Source of the DNA: the human T2T-CHM13v2.0 reference genome, Homo sapiens
Strand: one strand, 5' to 3'
Assembly: GCF_009914755.1 (NCBI RefSeq)
Contig: NC_060932.1
Length of the DNA: 64,000 bases
In this document: positions 41,622-54,755 of the stretch, in pieces
Numbering within the stretch: position 1 is the first letter of the stretch
How the letters are laid out: each line of letters begins with the position of its first letter
Translations under genes and position numbers: made by a program
Notes under the pieces: model-generated
The model's input: the letters and a program-made list of their open reading frames with translations, nothing else
Databases searched by the model: none
What the model was told of the DNA's origin: nothing

Positions 41622-42583
41622 CTGCAAAGGGCAGAATAATGCCTCCAAAGATATCCGTACCTTGATCCCAGAATTTGTGATTATGTTATTTTACATGGCA
41701 AAAGGGACTTTGCAGCGGTGACTAACATAAGGACCTTGAGATGAGGAGATTATCCCCAGGAACATAATCACATGAGTTCTTAAACACAGGGGACATTTGC
41801 TAATGATGGCCCAAGGGAACTGACTATAGAAAAATGGAAAGAGAGTTGCTTATCAGCGTAAGAAACTTTTGGCCTGAGACGATGGGGTTTTCTAAATATA
41901 GGATCATGTAATCCACAAACAGAGATAGTTTGACTTCCTCTCTTCCTATTTGAATACACTTTATTTCTTAAACACAGGGGACATTTGCTGATGATGGCCC
42001 AAGGGAACCAACTATAGAAAAAAAGGAGAGAGAGTTGCTTATCAGCCTAAGAGGCGTTTGGGCTGAGACGACAGTTTTTTAAATATAGGATCATGTAATC
42101 CAAAAACAGAGACAGTTTGACTTCCTCTTTTCCTATTTGAATGCCCTTTATTTCTTTCTCTTGCCTGGTTGCCCTGGCCAGAACTTCCAATACTATGTTG
42201 AATACGAGTGGTGAGAGAGGGCATCCTTGTCTTGTGATGGTTTTCAAGGGGAATGCTTGCAGCTTTTGCCCATTCAGCATGATATTGGCTGTGGGTTTGT
42301 CATACATGGCTCTTATTATTTTGAGGTATGTTCCACCAATGCCTAGTTTATTGAGAGTTTTTAACATGAAGGGATGTTGAATTTTATCAAAGGCCTTTTC
42401 TGCATGTATTGAGATAATCATGTGGTTTTGTCTTTAGTTTTGTTTATGTGATGAATTACATTTATTAATTTGCATGTGTTGAACCAGCCTTGCATCTTGG
42501 TGATGAAACCAGCTTGATTGTGGTGGATAAGTTTTTTTAATATGCTGCTGGATTTGGTTTGCCAGTATTTTATTGAAGGTTTT

Positions 42584-42995
42584 CAAATTTTACATTATTT
42601 TAAAATTAATTTTTCCATAAATTATTGGGGTACAGGTGGTATTTGATTACGATTAAGTTCTGTAGTGGTGATTTGTGAGATTTTGGTGCACCCATCATCC
42701 AAGCTGTATACAGTGCACCATGTTAGTAGTCTTTCAGCCCTTGCCTCCCTCCCAGTCTTCCCCCCAAGTCTCCAAAGTCCATTTTATCATTCCTATGCCT
42801 TTGCGTCCTCGTAGCTTAGCTCCCACATATCAATGAGAACATATGATGTTTGGTTTTCCATTCCTGAGTTACTTCACTTAGAATAATAGTCTACAGTCTC
42901 ATCCAGGTTGCTACAAATGCTGTTAATTCATTCCTTTTCATTGTCGAATTGTATTTCATCATATATATATTCATATATAGATGTGTATATATGTG

Positions 42996-43032
<37 letters not shown>

Positions 43033-46000
43033 CACAGTTTCTTTATCCACTTGTTGATTGATGGGCATTTGGGTTTGTTCCATGATTTTACAGTTGTAAA
43101 TTGTGCTGCTATAAACATGCATGTGCAAGTATCTTTTTTTGTATAATGACTTCTTTTCCTTTGGGTAGATACCCAGTAGTGGGATTGCTGGATCAAATGG
43201 TAGTTCTACTTTTAATTCTTTAAGGAATCTCCACATTGTTTTCCATAGTGGCTGTACTAGTTTACACTCCCGTCAGCAGTGTAGAAGTGTTCCCTGATGA
43301 CCACATCCATGCCAACATCTACTGTTTTTTGATTTTTTTATTATGGCCATTCTTGCAGGAGTAAGATGGTATCACATTATTGTTTTGATTTGCATTTTCC
43401 TGATAATTAGTGATGCTGAGAATTTTTTCATGTGTTTGTTGGCCATTTGTATATCTTCTTTTGAGAATTGTCTATTCATGTCCTTTGCCCACTTTCTTGA
43501 TGGGATTTTTTTTTTTTTCTTACTGATTTGTTTGAGTTCGTTTTAGATTCTGGATATTAGTACTTTGTCAGATGTATAGATTGTGAAAATTTTCTCTCAC
43601 TCTGCTGGTTGTCTATTTTCTCTGCTGACTGTTCCTTTTGCCTTGCAAAAGCCCTTTAGTTTAATTAAGTCCCAACTGTTTTTCTTTGTTTTTATTTCAT
43701 TTGCTTTCAGGTTTTGGTCATGAAATCCTTGCCTAAGCCAATGTCTAGAAGGGTTTTTCCAATGTTATCTTCTAGAACTTTTATAGTTTCACGTCTTAGA
43801 TTTAAGTTCTTAATCCATCTTGAGTTGATTTTTGTATAAGGTGAGAGATGAGGATCCAGTTTCATTCTCCTACATGTGGCTAGCCAATTATCCCAGCACC
43901 ATTTGTTGAAAAGGGTTTCCTTTCCCCACTTTATGTTATTGTTTACTTTGTCAAAGATCAGTTGGCACTAAGTATTTGGGTTATTTTTGGGTTCTCTATT
44001 CTGTTCCATTGGTCTATGTGCCTATTTTTATACCAGTACCACACTGTTTTGGTGACTATGGCCTTATAGTATAGTTTGAAATCAGGTGGTGTTATGCCTC
44101 CAGATTTGTTCTTTTTGCTGAGTCTTGCTTTGGCTCTGCAGGCTCTGTTTTGGTTCCATATGAATTTTAGACTTGTTTTTTTCTAATTCTGTGAAGAATG
44201 ATGGTGGTATTTTGATAGGGATTGCATTGAATTGGTAGATTGCTTTGGGTCATTTTCACAGTATTGATTCTACCTATTCATGAGTATGGGATGTGTTTCC
44301 ATTTGTTTGTGTCATGAAAGAAATATGATTTCTTTCAGTAGTTTTTTGTAGTTTTTCTTGTAGAGGTCTTCTGACTCCTAGGTTAGGTGTATGCCTAAGT
44401 GTTTTTGTTTGTTTGTTTGTTTGCAGCTATTGTAAAAGGGTTTGAGTTCTTGATTTGAATTTCTCCTTGGTGGCTGCTAATTTGTGTACCTTAATCTTGT
44501 ATCCAGAAACTGCTGAATTCTTATATCAGTTCTAGGCGCTTTCTGGAGGAGTCTTTAGGATTTTCAAGGTAAACAGTCATATCATCCTCAAACAGTGACA
44601 GTTTGACTTCCTTTTTATCGATTTGGATGCCCTTTATTTCTTTCTCTTGTTTGATTGCTCTGGCTAGGACTTCCAGTACTATGTTGAAGAGGAGTGGTGA
44701 GAATGGGCATCCTTATCTTGTTCCAGTTTTCAGAGGGAATGCTTTCAACTCTTCCCCATTCAGTATTATGTTGGCCATTGGTCTGTCATAGATGGCTTTT
44801 ATTACACTGGGGTATGTCCCTTTTATGCTGATTTTGCTGAGAGTTTTAACCATACAGGGATGCCAAATTTTGTCAAATACTTTCACTGCATCTATTGAGA
44901 TGATCATGTGATTTTTGTTTTTAATTCTGTTTATATGGTGTATCACATTTGTTGACTTGCATATGTTAAACTGTCCCTGCATCCCTGGTATGAAACCCAC
45001 TCAGTCATGGTGGATCATCTTTTTGATATGTTGTTCTATTTGGTTAGATGGTATTTTGTTAAGGATTTTAGCATCTATGTTCATCAAGGATATCAGGCTG
45101 TAGTTTTCTTTTGTGGTTATGTCCTTTCTGGTTTTGGTATTAAGGTGATGCTGGCTTCATAAAATGAATTAGGGAGGTTTCCTTCTTTATCTATCTTGTG
45201 GAATAGTGTCAAAAAAATTGGTACCGATTCTTCTTTGAATGTCTGGTAGAATTCTGCTATGAATCCATCTGGTTCTGGACTTTTTTTTAACCAGTAATTT
45301 TTAAATTAACATTTCAATCTCACTGCTTTTTTTGGTCTGTTCAGGGTATCTAATTCTTCCTGATTTGTGCTAGAAGATTGTATTTTTCCAGAAATTTATC
45401 CATCTCTTCCAGGTTTTCTAGTTTATGTGGGTAAAGGTGTTCATAGTAGCCTTGAATAATCTTTTGTATTTCAGTGGTGCCAGTTGTAATATCTCCTGTT
45501 TTGTTTCTTAATGAGGTTATTTGGAGTTTCTCTCTTCTTTTCTTGGTTAATCCTGCTAATAATCTATCAATTTTATTTATCTTTTCAAAGAACCAGCTTT
45601 TTGTTTCATTTATCTTTTGTACTTTTTTTGTACAATTTCATTTATTTCTGCTCTGATCTTGGTTATTTCCTTTCTTCTGCTAGGTTTGGGTTTGGCTTGT
45701 TCTTGTTTCTCTAGTGTCTTGAGGTGTGACCTTAGCATGTCAGTTTGTGCTCTTTCAGTCTTTTTGATGTAGGTGTTTAGGGCTATGAACTTTCCTCTTT
45801 AGCACCACCAAGAGGTTTGAATAGGTTGTGTCGTTATTGTTGTTTAGTTTGAAGAATTTTTAAATTTCAATCTTGATTTCGGTTTTGACCCAATGCTCAT
45901 TCACGAACAAGTTATTTATTCCATGTATTTGCATGGTTTTGAACATTCCTTTTAGAGTTGATTTCCAGTTTTCTTCTACTGTGGTCTGAGAGAGTGCTTG

Positions 46001-49000
46001 ATATAATTTCAATTTTCTTAAATTTATTGAGGCTCATTTTATGGTCTACCTTGGAGAAAGCTGTATGCACTGTTGAATATAATGTGTGTCCTGCATTTGT
46101 TGAATGAAATGTTCTGCATGTATCTGTTAAGTCCATTTGTTTAAAGGTATAATTTAAATCCATTGTTTCTTTGTTGACTTTCTATCTTGATGACCTGTCT
46201 AGTGCTGTCAGTGGAGTATTGAAGTCCCCCACTGTTATTGTGTTGCTGTCTATCTCATTTCCTAGGTCTATTAGTAATTATATTATAAATTTGGGAGCTC
46301 CAATGTTAGGTGCATATATGTTTAGGATTGTGATTTTTTTGTTGGACAATGCCTTTTACCATTATATAATTTCCCTCTTTGTCTCTTTTAACTGCTGTTG
46401 CTTTAAAGCTTGTTTTGTCTGATATAAGAATAGCTACCCCTGCTTGCTTTTGGTGTCCATTTGCATGAAATGCCTTTTTCCACCCTTTACTTTAAGTTTA
46501 TGTGAGTCCTTATGTGTTAGGTGAGTCTTTTGAAGACAGCAGATTATTGGTTGGTGAGTTTTCATCCATTCTGTGGTTCTGTATCTTTTAAGTGGAGCAT
46601 TTAGGCCATTTACATTCAATGTTAGTATTGAGATGCGAGGTACTGTTGCATTCATTATGCTATTTGTTGCCTGTGTACTTTTTTTTTTTTGCTTTTTAAC
46701 TTGTATTTTTGTTTATAGGTCTTATTTGATTTACACTTTAAAGAGGTTCTGTTTTGATATGTTTCCAAGATTTGTTTCAAGATTTAGAGCTCCTTTTAGC
46801 TGTTCTGTAGTGCTGGATTGGTAGTGGCAAATTCTCTCAGCATTTGTTTGTCTGAAAAAGACTGTATCTTTCCTTCATATATGATGCTTAGCTTCAGTGG
46901 ATACAACATTCTTGGCTGATAATTGTTTTGTTTGAGGAGGCTGAAGATAGGTCCCCAGTCCCTTCTAGCTTGTAGGGATTTTTGTTGAGAAATCTGCTGC
47001 TAATCTGATAGGTTTTCCTTTATAGGTTACCTGGTGCATCTGTCTCACAGCTCCTAAGATTCTTTCCTTCATCTTAACTTTGGATAACCTCATGGCAATG
47101 TGCCTAGGAGATGATCTTTTTGCAATGAATTTCCTGGGTGTTCTTTGTGCTTCTTGTATTTGGATGTCTGGGTCTCTAGCAAGGCCAGGGAAGTTTTCCT
47201 CAATTACTCCCCCAAATATGTTTTCCGAACTTTTAGATTTCTCTCTTCTTCAGGAACACTGATTATTCATAGGCTTGTTTGTGTAACATAATCCCAGACT
47301 TCTTGGAGGCTTTGTTCATATTTTCTTGTTCTTTTTTCTTTGTCTTTGTGGGATTGGGTTAATTCAAAGACCTTGTCTTCAAGTTCTCAATTTCTTTCTT
47401 CTAATTGTTCAATTCTATTGCTGAGACTTTCCAGAGCATTTTGCATTTTTATAAGTGTGTCCAATGTTTCCTGAATTTTGAGTTGTTTTTTCTTTAAGCT
47501 ATCTATTTCCTTGAATATTTCGTTCTTCACTTCTTGTATTGTTTTTTGGATTTCTTTGCATTGGGCTTTGCTTTTCTCTGGTGCCTCCCTGATTAGCTTA
47601 ATAATTAACCTCCTGAATTCTTTTTCAGGTAAACAGATATTTCATCTTGGTTTGGATCCATTGCTGGTGAACTAGTGTGATTTGTGGGGGGCGGGTGGTT
47701 TAAAGAGTCTTGTTTTGTGATATTACCAGAGTTGGTTTTCTGCTTCCTTTTCATTTGGGTAGGCTGTGTCAGGGGGAAGGTCTAGGGCTGAAGGCTGTTG
47801 TTCAGGTTCTTCTGTCCCACAGGGTGTTCTCTTGATGTAGTACTTTCTCTCTTTTCCTATGGATGTGACTTCCTGTGAGCCAAACTGCAGTGATTGTTGT
47901 TTCTCTTCTGGGTCTAGCCACCCAGCAAGTCTACCCAGCTCTGGGCTGGTACTGGGGGTTGTCTGCTCAGAGTCCTGTGATGTGTACCATTGATGGGTCT
48001 CTCAGCCATGGATACCATGTTCTGGTGGAGGTGGTTGTGGGGGTGCAATGGACTCATGAGGGGTCTTAGCTTTGGTGGTTTAATGCTCTATTTTTGTGCT
48101 GGTTGGCCTTCTGCCAGGAGGTGGTGCCTTTTAGAGAGCATCAGCTGTGGTAGTATGGAGAGGAACTGGTGGTGGGAAGGGCCCTAGAACTCCCAAGAGT
48201 ATATGCCCTTTGTCTTCAGCTGCCAGGGTGGGTAGGGAAGGACTATCAGGTGGGGGCAGGGCTAGGGATGTCTTAGCTCAGACTCTCCTTGGGCGAGTCT
48301 TGCTGTGGCTGCTCTGGGTATGGGGGGGTGGTTCCCAGGTCAATAGAATTGTGTACCTAGGAAGATTATGGCTACCTCTGCTGAGTCATGCAGGTGGTCA
48401 GGGAAGTGGGGGAAAGCTGGCAGTCACAGGTCTCACCCAGCTCCCATGCAAACTGAAGGGCCAGTTTCACTCCTCTTGTGCTGCCCTTAACAGCCCTGAG
48501 CCTGTTTTCAGGAGGTGGGTGAGATGGGCTTGAAAACTTGCCCCAGGCTACCTGCCTCCCAGCTGCCAAAGAAAAGGGCTTGGTTTGTCCTCTGCCTGTG
48601 GAGTTTGCCCACCAGTTTCACACCCTCCCCCGACTTCTGGTCAAGAGGTATCTCACCCTGTTCAAATTGTCACAAAGTTCAGCTGGAGATTTCCTTCTTT
48701 CCATGGTGTTCTCCCCTACTCCTCTGGCCACCTTCCCAATGTATCCCTGTGGTGCCACACAGGAATAGCCTGTTTGGGGACCCAGTGAGCTCCCAGGGCC
48801 TTCTGCTACTTCCTTACCCCTGTATTTTGCTCAGCTGTCTAAATTAACTCAGCTCCAGGTAAGGTCAGAAACTTCTCCCGCAAACAGACCTTCAGTTTCT
48901 CCAGTGGCAGTGTGTGCTAGGGAATGGATGGTCTCCTTTTCCCACTTCTGCAGTTGGGACACTCACAGTATTTGGGGTGTCTCCTGGGTCTCGCAAGGAG

Positions 49001-49171
49001 AAGTCCACTACTTTCAGAGGGTCTGTGGATCCTCTCCAGATTGCTGGTTTGTTCTTGCAGTCTATCAGGAGCTAATATTCACAATTCAAGCCTCTGCATG
49101 CTGTTCTGTCCATCTGAGTCAGAGCTGCAATCTAGTCCTGCTTCCCATCTGCCAGGATGACTCCTGGTTTC
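42584..49171 (-). mobile_element. Full-length (~6.6 kb) L1PB1-like, ORF1/ORF2 disabled
   Basis: 3'UTR ttggggtacaggtggtatttg; ORF2 start ILTLNVNGLNAPLKR (46434-46655); [10 protein letters not shown] (44713-45000); GC-richer 5'UTR ending ctgcaatctagtcctgc; degenerate TSD 42570-42583 / 49172-49185. Confidence 0.92.
42999..43030. repeat. (AC)16 microsatellite inside L1PB
   Basis: Directly visible perfect repeat. Confidence 0.95.
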
Positions 49172-52147
49172 TTAATGAAAATTTTTGCATCAATGTTCAT
49201 TAGGGATATTGGCCTGAAGTTTTCTTTCTTTGCATCTCTGTCAGGTTTTGTTATATGGATGATGTTGGCCTCACAAAATGAGTTAGTGAGAAATCCTTCC
49301 TTTTCAGTTGTTGAGAATAGTTTCAGAAAAAATGGTAACAGCTCCTCTTTGTACCTCTGGTAGAATTCAGCTGCAAATTTGTCTGGTGCTGGACTTTTTT
49401 TGGTTGGTAGGCAATTTATTACTGCCTTGATTTCAGAAGCTGTTATTGGTCTATTCAGGGATTCAACTTCTTCCTAGTTCAGTCTTGGGAGGGTATACAT
49501 GTCTAAGAATTTATCTATTTCTTCTACATTTTCCAGTTTATTTGCATAGAGGTGTTTACAGTATTCTCTGATGGTTGTTTGTATTTCTGTGGGGTCAGTG
49601 GTGGTAGCACCTGTATCATTTTTATTGTATCTATTTGGTTTTTCTCTATTTTTCTTCTTTATTAGTCTAGCTAATGGTGTATTTTTTTTTCAAAAAAACA
49701 GCTCCTGGATGAGTTGATTTTTTGAAGTATTTTTATTTATCTATCTCCTTCACTTCGGCTCTGATCTTGGTTATTTCTTGTCATCTACTAGCTTTGGGGA
49801 TTGTTTATTCTTGCTTGTCTAGTTCTTTTAGCTCTGATGTTAGGGTGTCAATTTGAGATCTTTCTAGCTTTTTGATGTGAGCATTTAGTGCTATAAATTT
49901 CCCTCTTAACTCTGCTTTGGCTGCATCCCAGAGATTCTGGTATGTTGTCTCTTTGTTCTCATTGGTTTCAAAGAACTTCGTGATTTTTGTCTCATTATTT
50001 ACCCAGAAGCCATTCAGGATCAGGTGGTTCAATTTCCATGTAGTTGTGTGGTTTTGAGTGAGTTTCTTAATCTTGAGATCTAATTTGATTGCACTGTGGT
50101 CTGAGAGACTGTTTGTTATTATTTCAGTCCATATGCATTTGCTGAGGAGTGTTTTATTTCCAATTACATGATTGATTTTAGAATAAGTGATACAAAACCA
50201 ATGTGCAAAAATCACAAGCATTCCTATACACGAACAACAAACAGAGAGCCAAATCATGAATGAACTCTTAGTCCCAATTGCTACAAAAAAGAATAAAATA
50301 CCAAGAAATAAAACTAACAAAGGAAGTGAAGAACCTCTTCAAAAAGAACTACAAACTACTGCTCAAGGAAATGAGAGAGGACACAAACAAGTGGAAAAAA
50401 CATTCCATGTTCACGGATTGGAAGAATCAACATTGTGAAAAGACTGTCCAAAGTAATTTATAGACTCAAGGTTATTCCCACTAAACTACCATTGACATTC
50501 TTCACAGAATTAGAAAGAAAACTACTTTAAAATTCATGTGAAACCAAAAAAGAGCTCATATATAGTTAAGACAATCCTAAGCAAAAAGAACCAAGTTGAA
50601 GGCATCACACTACCCAACTTCAAACTATACTACAATGCTGCAGCAAACAAAACAGTATGGTAATTGTACAAAAACAGACACATAAACCAATGGAACAGAA
50701 TAGAGATATCAGAAATAAGCCCGCACATCTATGACCATCCGATTTTTGACAAACCTGATGAAAACAAGCAACTGGAAAAGCATTGCCTACTTAATAAATA
50801 GTGCTGGGAAAACTGGCTAGCCATATGCAGAAAATTGAAACTGGACCCCTTCCTTACACCTTATAAAAAATTAACTCAAGATGAATTAAAGACTTAACTA
50901 TAAAACCCAAAACTATGGAAACTCCAGAAGAAAATCTAAGCATTACTATTCAGGACATAGGCACAGGCAAACATTTCATGATTAAAAACACCAAAAGCAA
51001 TTCCAATAAAAGCAAAAATTGACAAATGGGATCTAATCAAACTAAAGAGCTTCTGAACAGCAAAAGAAACTATCATCAGAGTGAACAGACAACCTACAGA
51101 ATGGGAGAAAATTTTTGCAATCTATCCATCCATCAAAGGCCTAATATCCAGAATCTACAGGGAACTTCAACAAATGTACAAGAAAAAAAACAAGCTACCC
51201 CATTAAAAAGTGGACAAAGGACATAAATAGACACTTCTCAAAAGAAGACATTTATGTGGCCAACAAACATATGTAAAAAAGCTCAACATCACTGGTCATT
51301 AGAGAAATACAAATCAAAATCACAATGAGATACCATCTCACACCAGTCAGAATGGCAATTATTAACGATTCAAGAAAGAGCAGATGCTGGCAAGGCTGTG
51401 GAGAAATATGAACGCTTTTACACTGTGGGAGTATACATTAGTTAAACCACTGTGGGAGAAAGTATGGAAATTCCTCAAACACCTAGAACCAATACCATTT
51501 GGCCCAGCAATCCCATTACTGGGTTTATACTCAAAGGAATATAAATCATTCTATTACAAAGATACATACACACATATGTTCACTGCAGCACTATCCACAA
51601 TAGCAAAGACATGGAATCAACCTAAATGCCCATCAGTGATAGACTGGATAAAGAAAATGTAGTACATATACACCATGAAATACTATGGAGCTTATAAAGA
51701 AATGAGATCATGTCTTTTGGAGGGACATGGATGGAGCTGGAAGCCATTAGCCTCAGCAAACTAACTCAGGAACAGAAAACCAAACACCGTATTTTCTTAC
51801 TTATAAGTATGAGATGAACAATGAGAACACATAGACACAAGGAGGGGAACTACACACACTGGGACCTTTTCAGGGGTGGTGGAGGGAGAAAAGAGAACAT
51901 CAGGATAAATAGCCCTGTAGGGCTTAAAACCCAGGTGATGGGTTGATAGGTGCAGCAAACCACTATGCCACACGTTTATCTATGTAACAAACCTGCACGT
52001 CCTACACATGTATCCCGGAACTTAAAATAAAATAAAATTAAATTATAAAAAAAGAAAAAGGGAGAGAGAGAGCACTGCGAGAAGGACTCGATTGCCATTT
52101 TTGGCTTTGAATATGAGGGATGAAGGCAGGGAGGTAAGGCATGTAAC

Positions 52148-52623
52148 AGTGTTAGTTTCTCAGGGCTGCCAGAACAAATCGCCACAAAGGTAGTGTCTTA
52201 AAACAACAGAAATGTATTATCTTACAGTTCCAAGCAACAGAAGTCCATGAGTATCAGCAAGATAGATCCTTCTGAAGACTCTAGAGGGATTTCCATTCCT
52301 TGCTTCTTCTAGTTCCTGGTGGTTGCTGCTGTCCTTGTCTTACGCCCCATCACTTCCATCTCTGCCCCCATCTTTACCTCACCTTCTCCTCTGTGAGATT
52401 GCTAAATATATTTCTGTGTCATGCTTATAAGGGGCACTTATTGGATTTAGGGCACACTCAGATAATTCAGCATAAGTCTCTTTTCTCAAATCCTTAATCA
52501 CATATTTTTCCATATAAAATAAACTTTTTCTTTTTATTTTTTACCGTATCTGGTAATATTCACAGGTTCTGGAGATCAGGATGTGTGTACACCTTTTGGG
52601 GGGCCACCACTCAGCCCACTGGC
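52148..52623 (-). mobile_element. MLT1C-like MaLR LTR nested in MLT1D
   Basis: ttagtttctcagggctgcc...cttaaaacaacagaaatgtatt...attcacaggttctggagatcagga...ggggccaccactcagcccact. Confidence 0.82.
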
Positions 52624-52859
52624 GTGGGTGACAGCAAGTACCTGGGAAAGGTGAGGAAACAGAGTATCCCCTGGGCCTGCAGAAGGAGCACAGCCCCGCC
52701 TGCCTCCATCTTAGCCGGCTGAGACCCAGGTGAGTCTTCTGGCCCACAGAACTGTGAGATCATAGGTTTGTGTTGGTTTCGTTCACTAAGTTTGTGGTAA
52801 TTTGTTACAGCAACAATACAAATTAAGACACTGTGTGCTGGCAGCTGGCAATGCCCTAG

Positions 52860-53089
52860 ACAGAGGCTGCCGCTTCGCCTGAATGTGGTACTAGCCCTGA
52901 GAGAGGCAGAGCTAGGCAGGGGCCACGCGGCGGCGTTTCCGGTTGCAGACTGCGGGCACTGAGGCGTTTGGGACTGCAGCCTGCCTTAGTCTGTCCTGCA
53001 TAATGAACACCTCTTTCGTTTTTAGCCTTTATAAAGCTGAAAAGTTTAAAAAATAAAACAAACAAACCACACAAGGTATTTGAAAACAG
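52860..53089 (+). promoter_or_regulatory. Small CpG-dense promoter-like patch with candidate first-exon donors
   Basis: 9 CpGs in 52870-52966; ETS core TTCCGG; donor-like AAG|GTATTT (53075/76) and CAG|GTAGAA (53089/90). Confidence 0.45.
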
Positions 53090-54590
53090 GTAGAAATAAG
53101 TTTTTAAATGGCTCTCCTACTTGTCCTTAGACATTGGATTGATGTCTTAATCATTTTGTTCTTTGATTTTCATTTTAGTTTGTAGAACGGAAATGAAAAT
53201 AACAACTGAATTTTCAGTTATGTTTAAGCTTAACATTTTCGTGGGACTCTTATTATGCGAGCTGTTACTAATCGTTCCTCCCAGATGCTGAGTTACTCTC
53301 TACGCTTTTCGTGTGGAAATCAGGGCTGCCTAGTTTATTCTCTTCATTTCGCTCTCATGGTCCATGGCATTATTATATTACTAGTCAGCAGGAGCTTGTC
53401 AATTTGTGCTTATTCTACCTATGAAGGCAAAGATTCTGCACAGAATAAAGTAACTCCTCTCTGCATTTTTCCTTACATGCATAAATATTCTTGGAGCAAA
53501 GCCAACAGAACAGCATGATTATTACCCGATCGATTCCGTTTTGAGTATCTGCTATCATACTCCTATTGGGCTTCTGTGAAACATTATAGAGTCTCAAATT
53601 CACTAAATATCTCTTTGTTTTCATAATCCTTAGAGTTACTTTTCTTTTTGATTTAAACTTCAGGATCACTTCCCAAGGCAAGGCAAACTATATGTGATAA
53701 GCCATTATTATGGCCCCTCACACATGTAAGATTATTCAATCAGTCCATTCCTTGCAACTCAGAATGAAATTTCTACTGTCATTCCAAAAAATCTACATTA
53801 TCGAGGACTCAATAAAAATATCACTGAATGCAAAAATAGGGAATTTGCAATATTCCCCCTATAAAACACATGTACTCTTCCCTTTACTGGAACTTTTTTG
53901 ATATGCTCCTGTGAAAAAAAAAGAAATCACATATATTAATTACTGTAGCTTTTCTAACTATTTCGGCAGGATGGTATATACCAAAGATAATTGATAATTT
54001 AGATGACATTGATTTTTTTAAAAACCTGTAAAAGCATATTTATTTTCCCAAAGCTTTTAATGCTATGGCCACAATTCTGAAGCATTCACTGATCTTTTCA
54101 ATGAATATTTTGAGTTTATGTGTGGGCATTCAGACATACATTTAGATGAAAAAGAAGTATTGATATTATTCTAACTCCTTTGAAAAGTAAATGTGATTTT
54201 TTTGCATAATATATATTCAGACGTATGTGGGATTTTTGGTGTTGTTTTATTATTTCGTCTTCTTTCAAAACATTGATGTTGATTATTTGTAACCATCAAA
54301 ACCAATAATTGGAAGAAATAGAAAAGGCCTCTGAGCTAGCAGACATGTTAATACATGTTATTAGAAATAGAATTTTTGTAACACAAGAAAAAGCTTGAAG
54401 GCAGGGTAAGAAGTGATATTACTGATAAATGGAAAACATCATTTACTTGGTCTCAACAAAGTTAAAAAATGTCCTTTTTGGTGAATATGAGATATATTCC
54501 TGTACAAACTCCTCATAGAGTTTTCTAATGGGAAATAGTTACTTGGAATGAAATCTTATTGAAAAAAAATCATTTTTGTATGTCCCATAG

Positions 54591-54660
54591 GAACTAAATA
54601 TAAAATGAAGCATGATAAATGAGTTAATTTTAGCACCACTGAAAGGAAATCTATGAACAG
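54591..54660 (+). other. Candidate 70-nt internal exon (non-coding or 5'UTR)
   Basis: tttttgtatgtcccatag|G acceptor and CAG|gtaatt donor; motif evidence only. Confidence 0.35.
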
Positions 54661-54755
54661 GTAATTGTATGAACCTTGAATTGACTATTAATGCCAAGAA
54701 TAATCAGAATAACTTAATTACATATCAATGGGTTTCTCTTTAAAGCATTTAGATA

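Larger units (their letters stand above)
42035..52053 (+). mobile_element. L1PA13/14-like element with twin-priming 5' inversion (minus 42035-42583 and 49172-50188; plus 50189-52053)
   Basis: 3'UTR gatgggttgataggtgcagcaaaccac plus A tail; outer inverted end (gctgataagcaa) and start of the sense part (gatacaaaa) are nearly contiguous in ORF2; purine TSD aaaa(g)ggagagagag at ~42018-42034 and ~52055-52072. Confidence 0.88.
41622..52830 (+). mobile_element. MLT1D-like MaLR LTR split into three pieces (41622-41849, ~52055-52147, ~52624-52830)
   Basis: 5' ggcagaataatgcctccaaagat...ttacatggcaaaagggactttgcag; middle gagaaggactcg...tggctttgaa; 3' cactaagtttgtggtaatttgttacagcaacaata. Confidence 0.8.

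Noticed and set aside
42584-49171. Active full-length L1
   Set aside because: ORF1 and ORF2 are broken into short pieces; old L1PB subfamily
49805-50320. 171-aa ORF with hydrophobic N-terminus
   Set aside because: Artefact of the L1 inversion junction: antisense ORF2 fused to an EN-domain fragment
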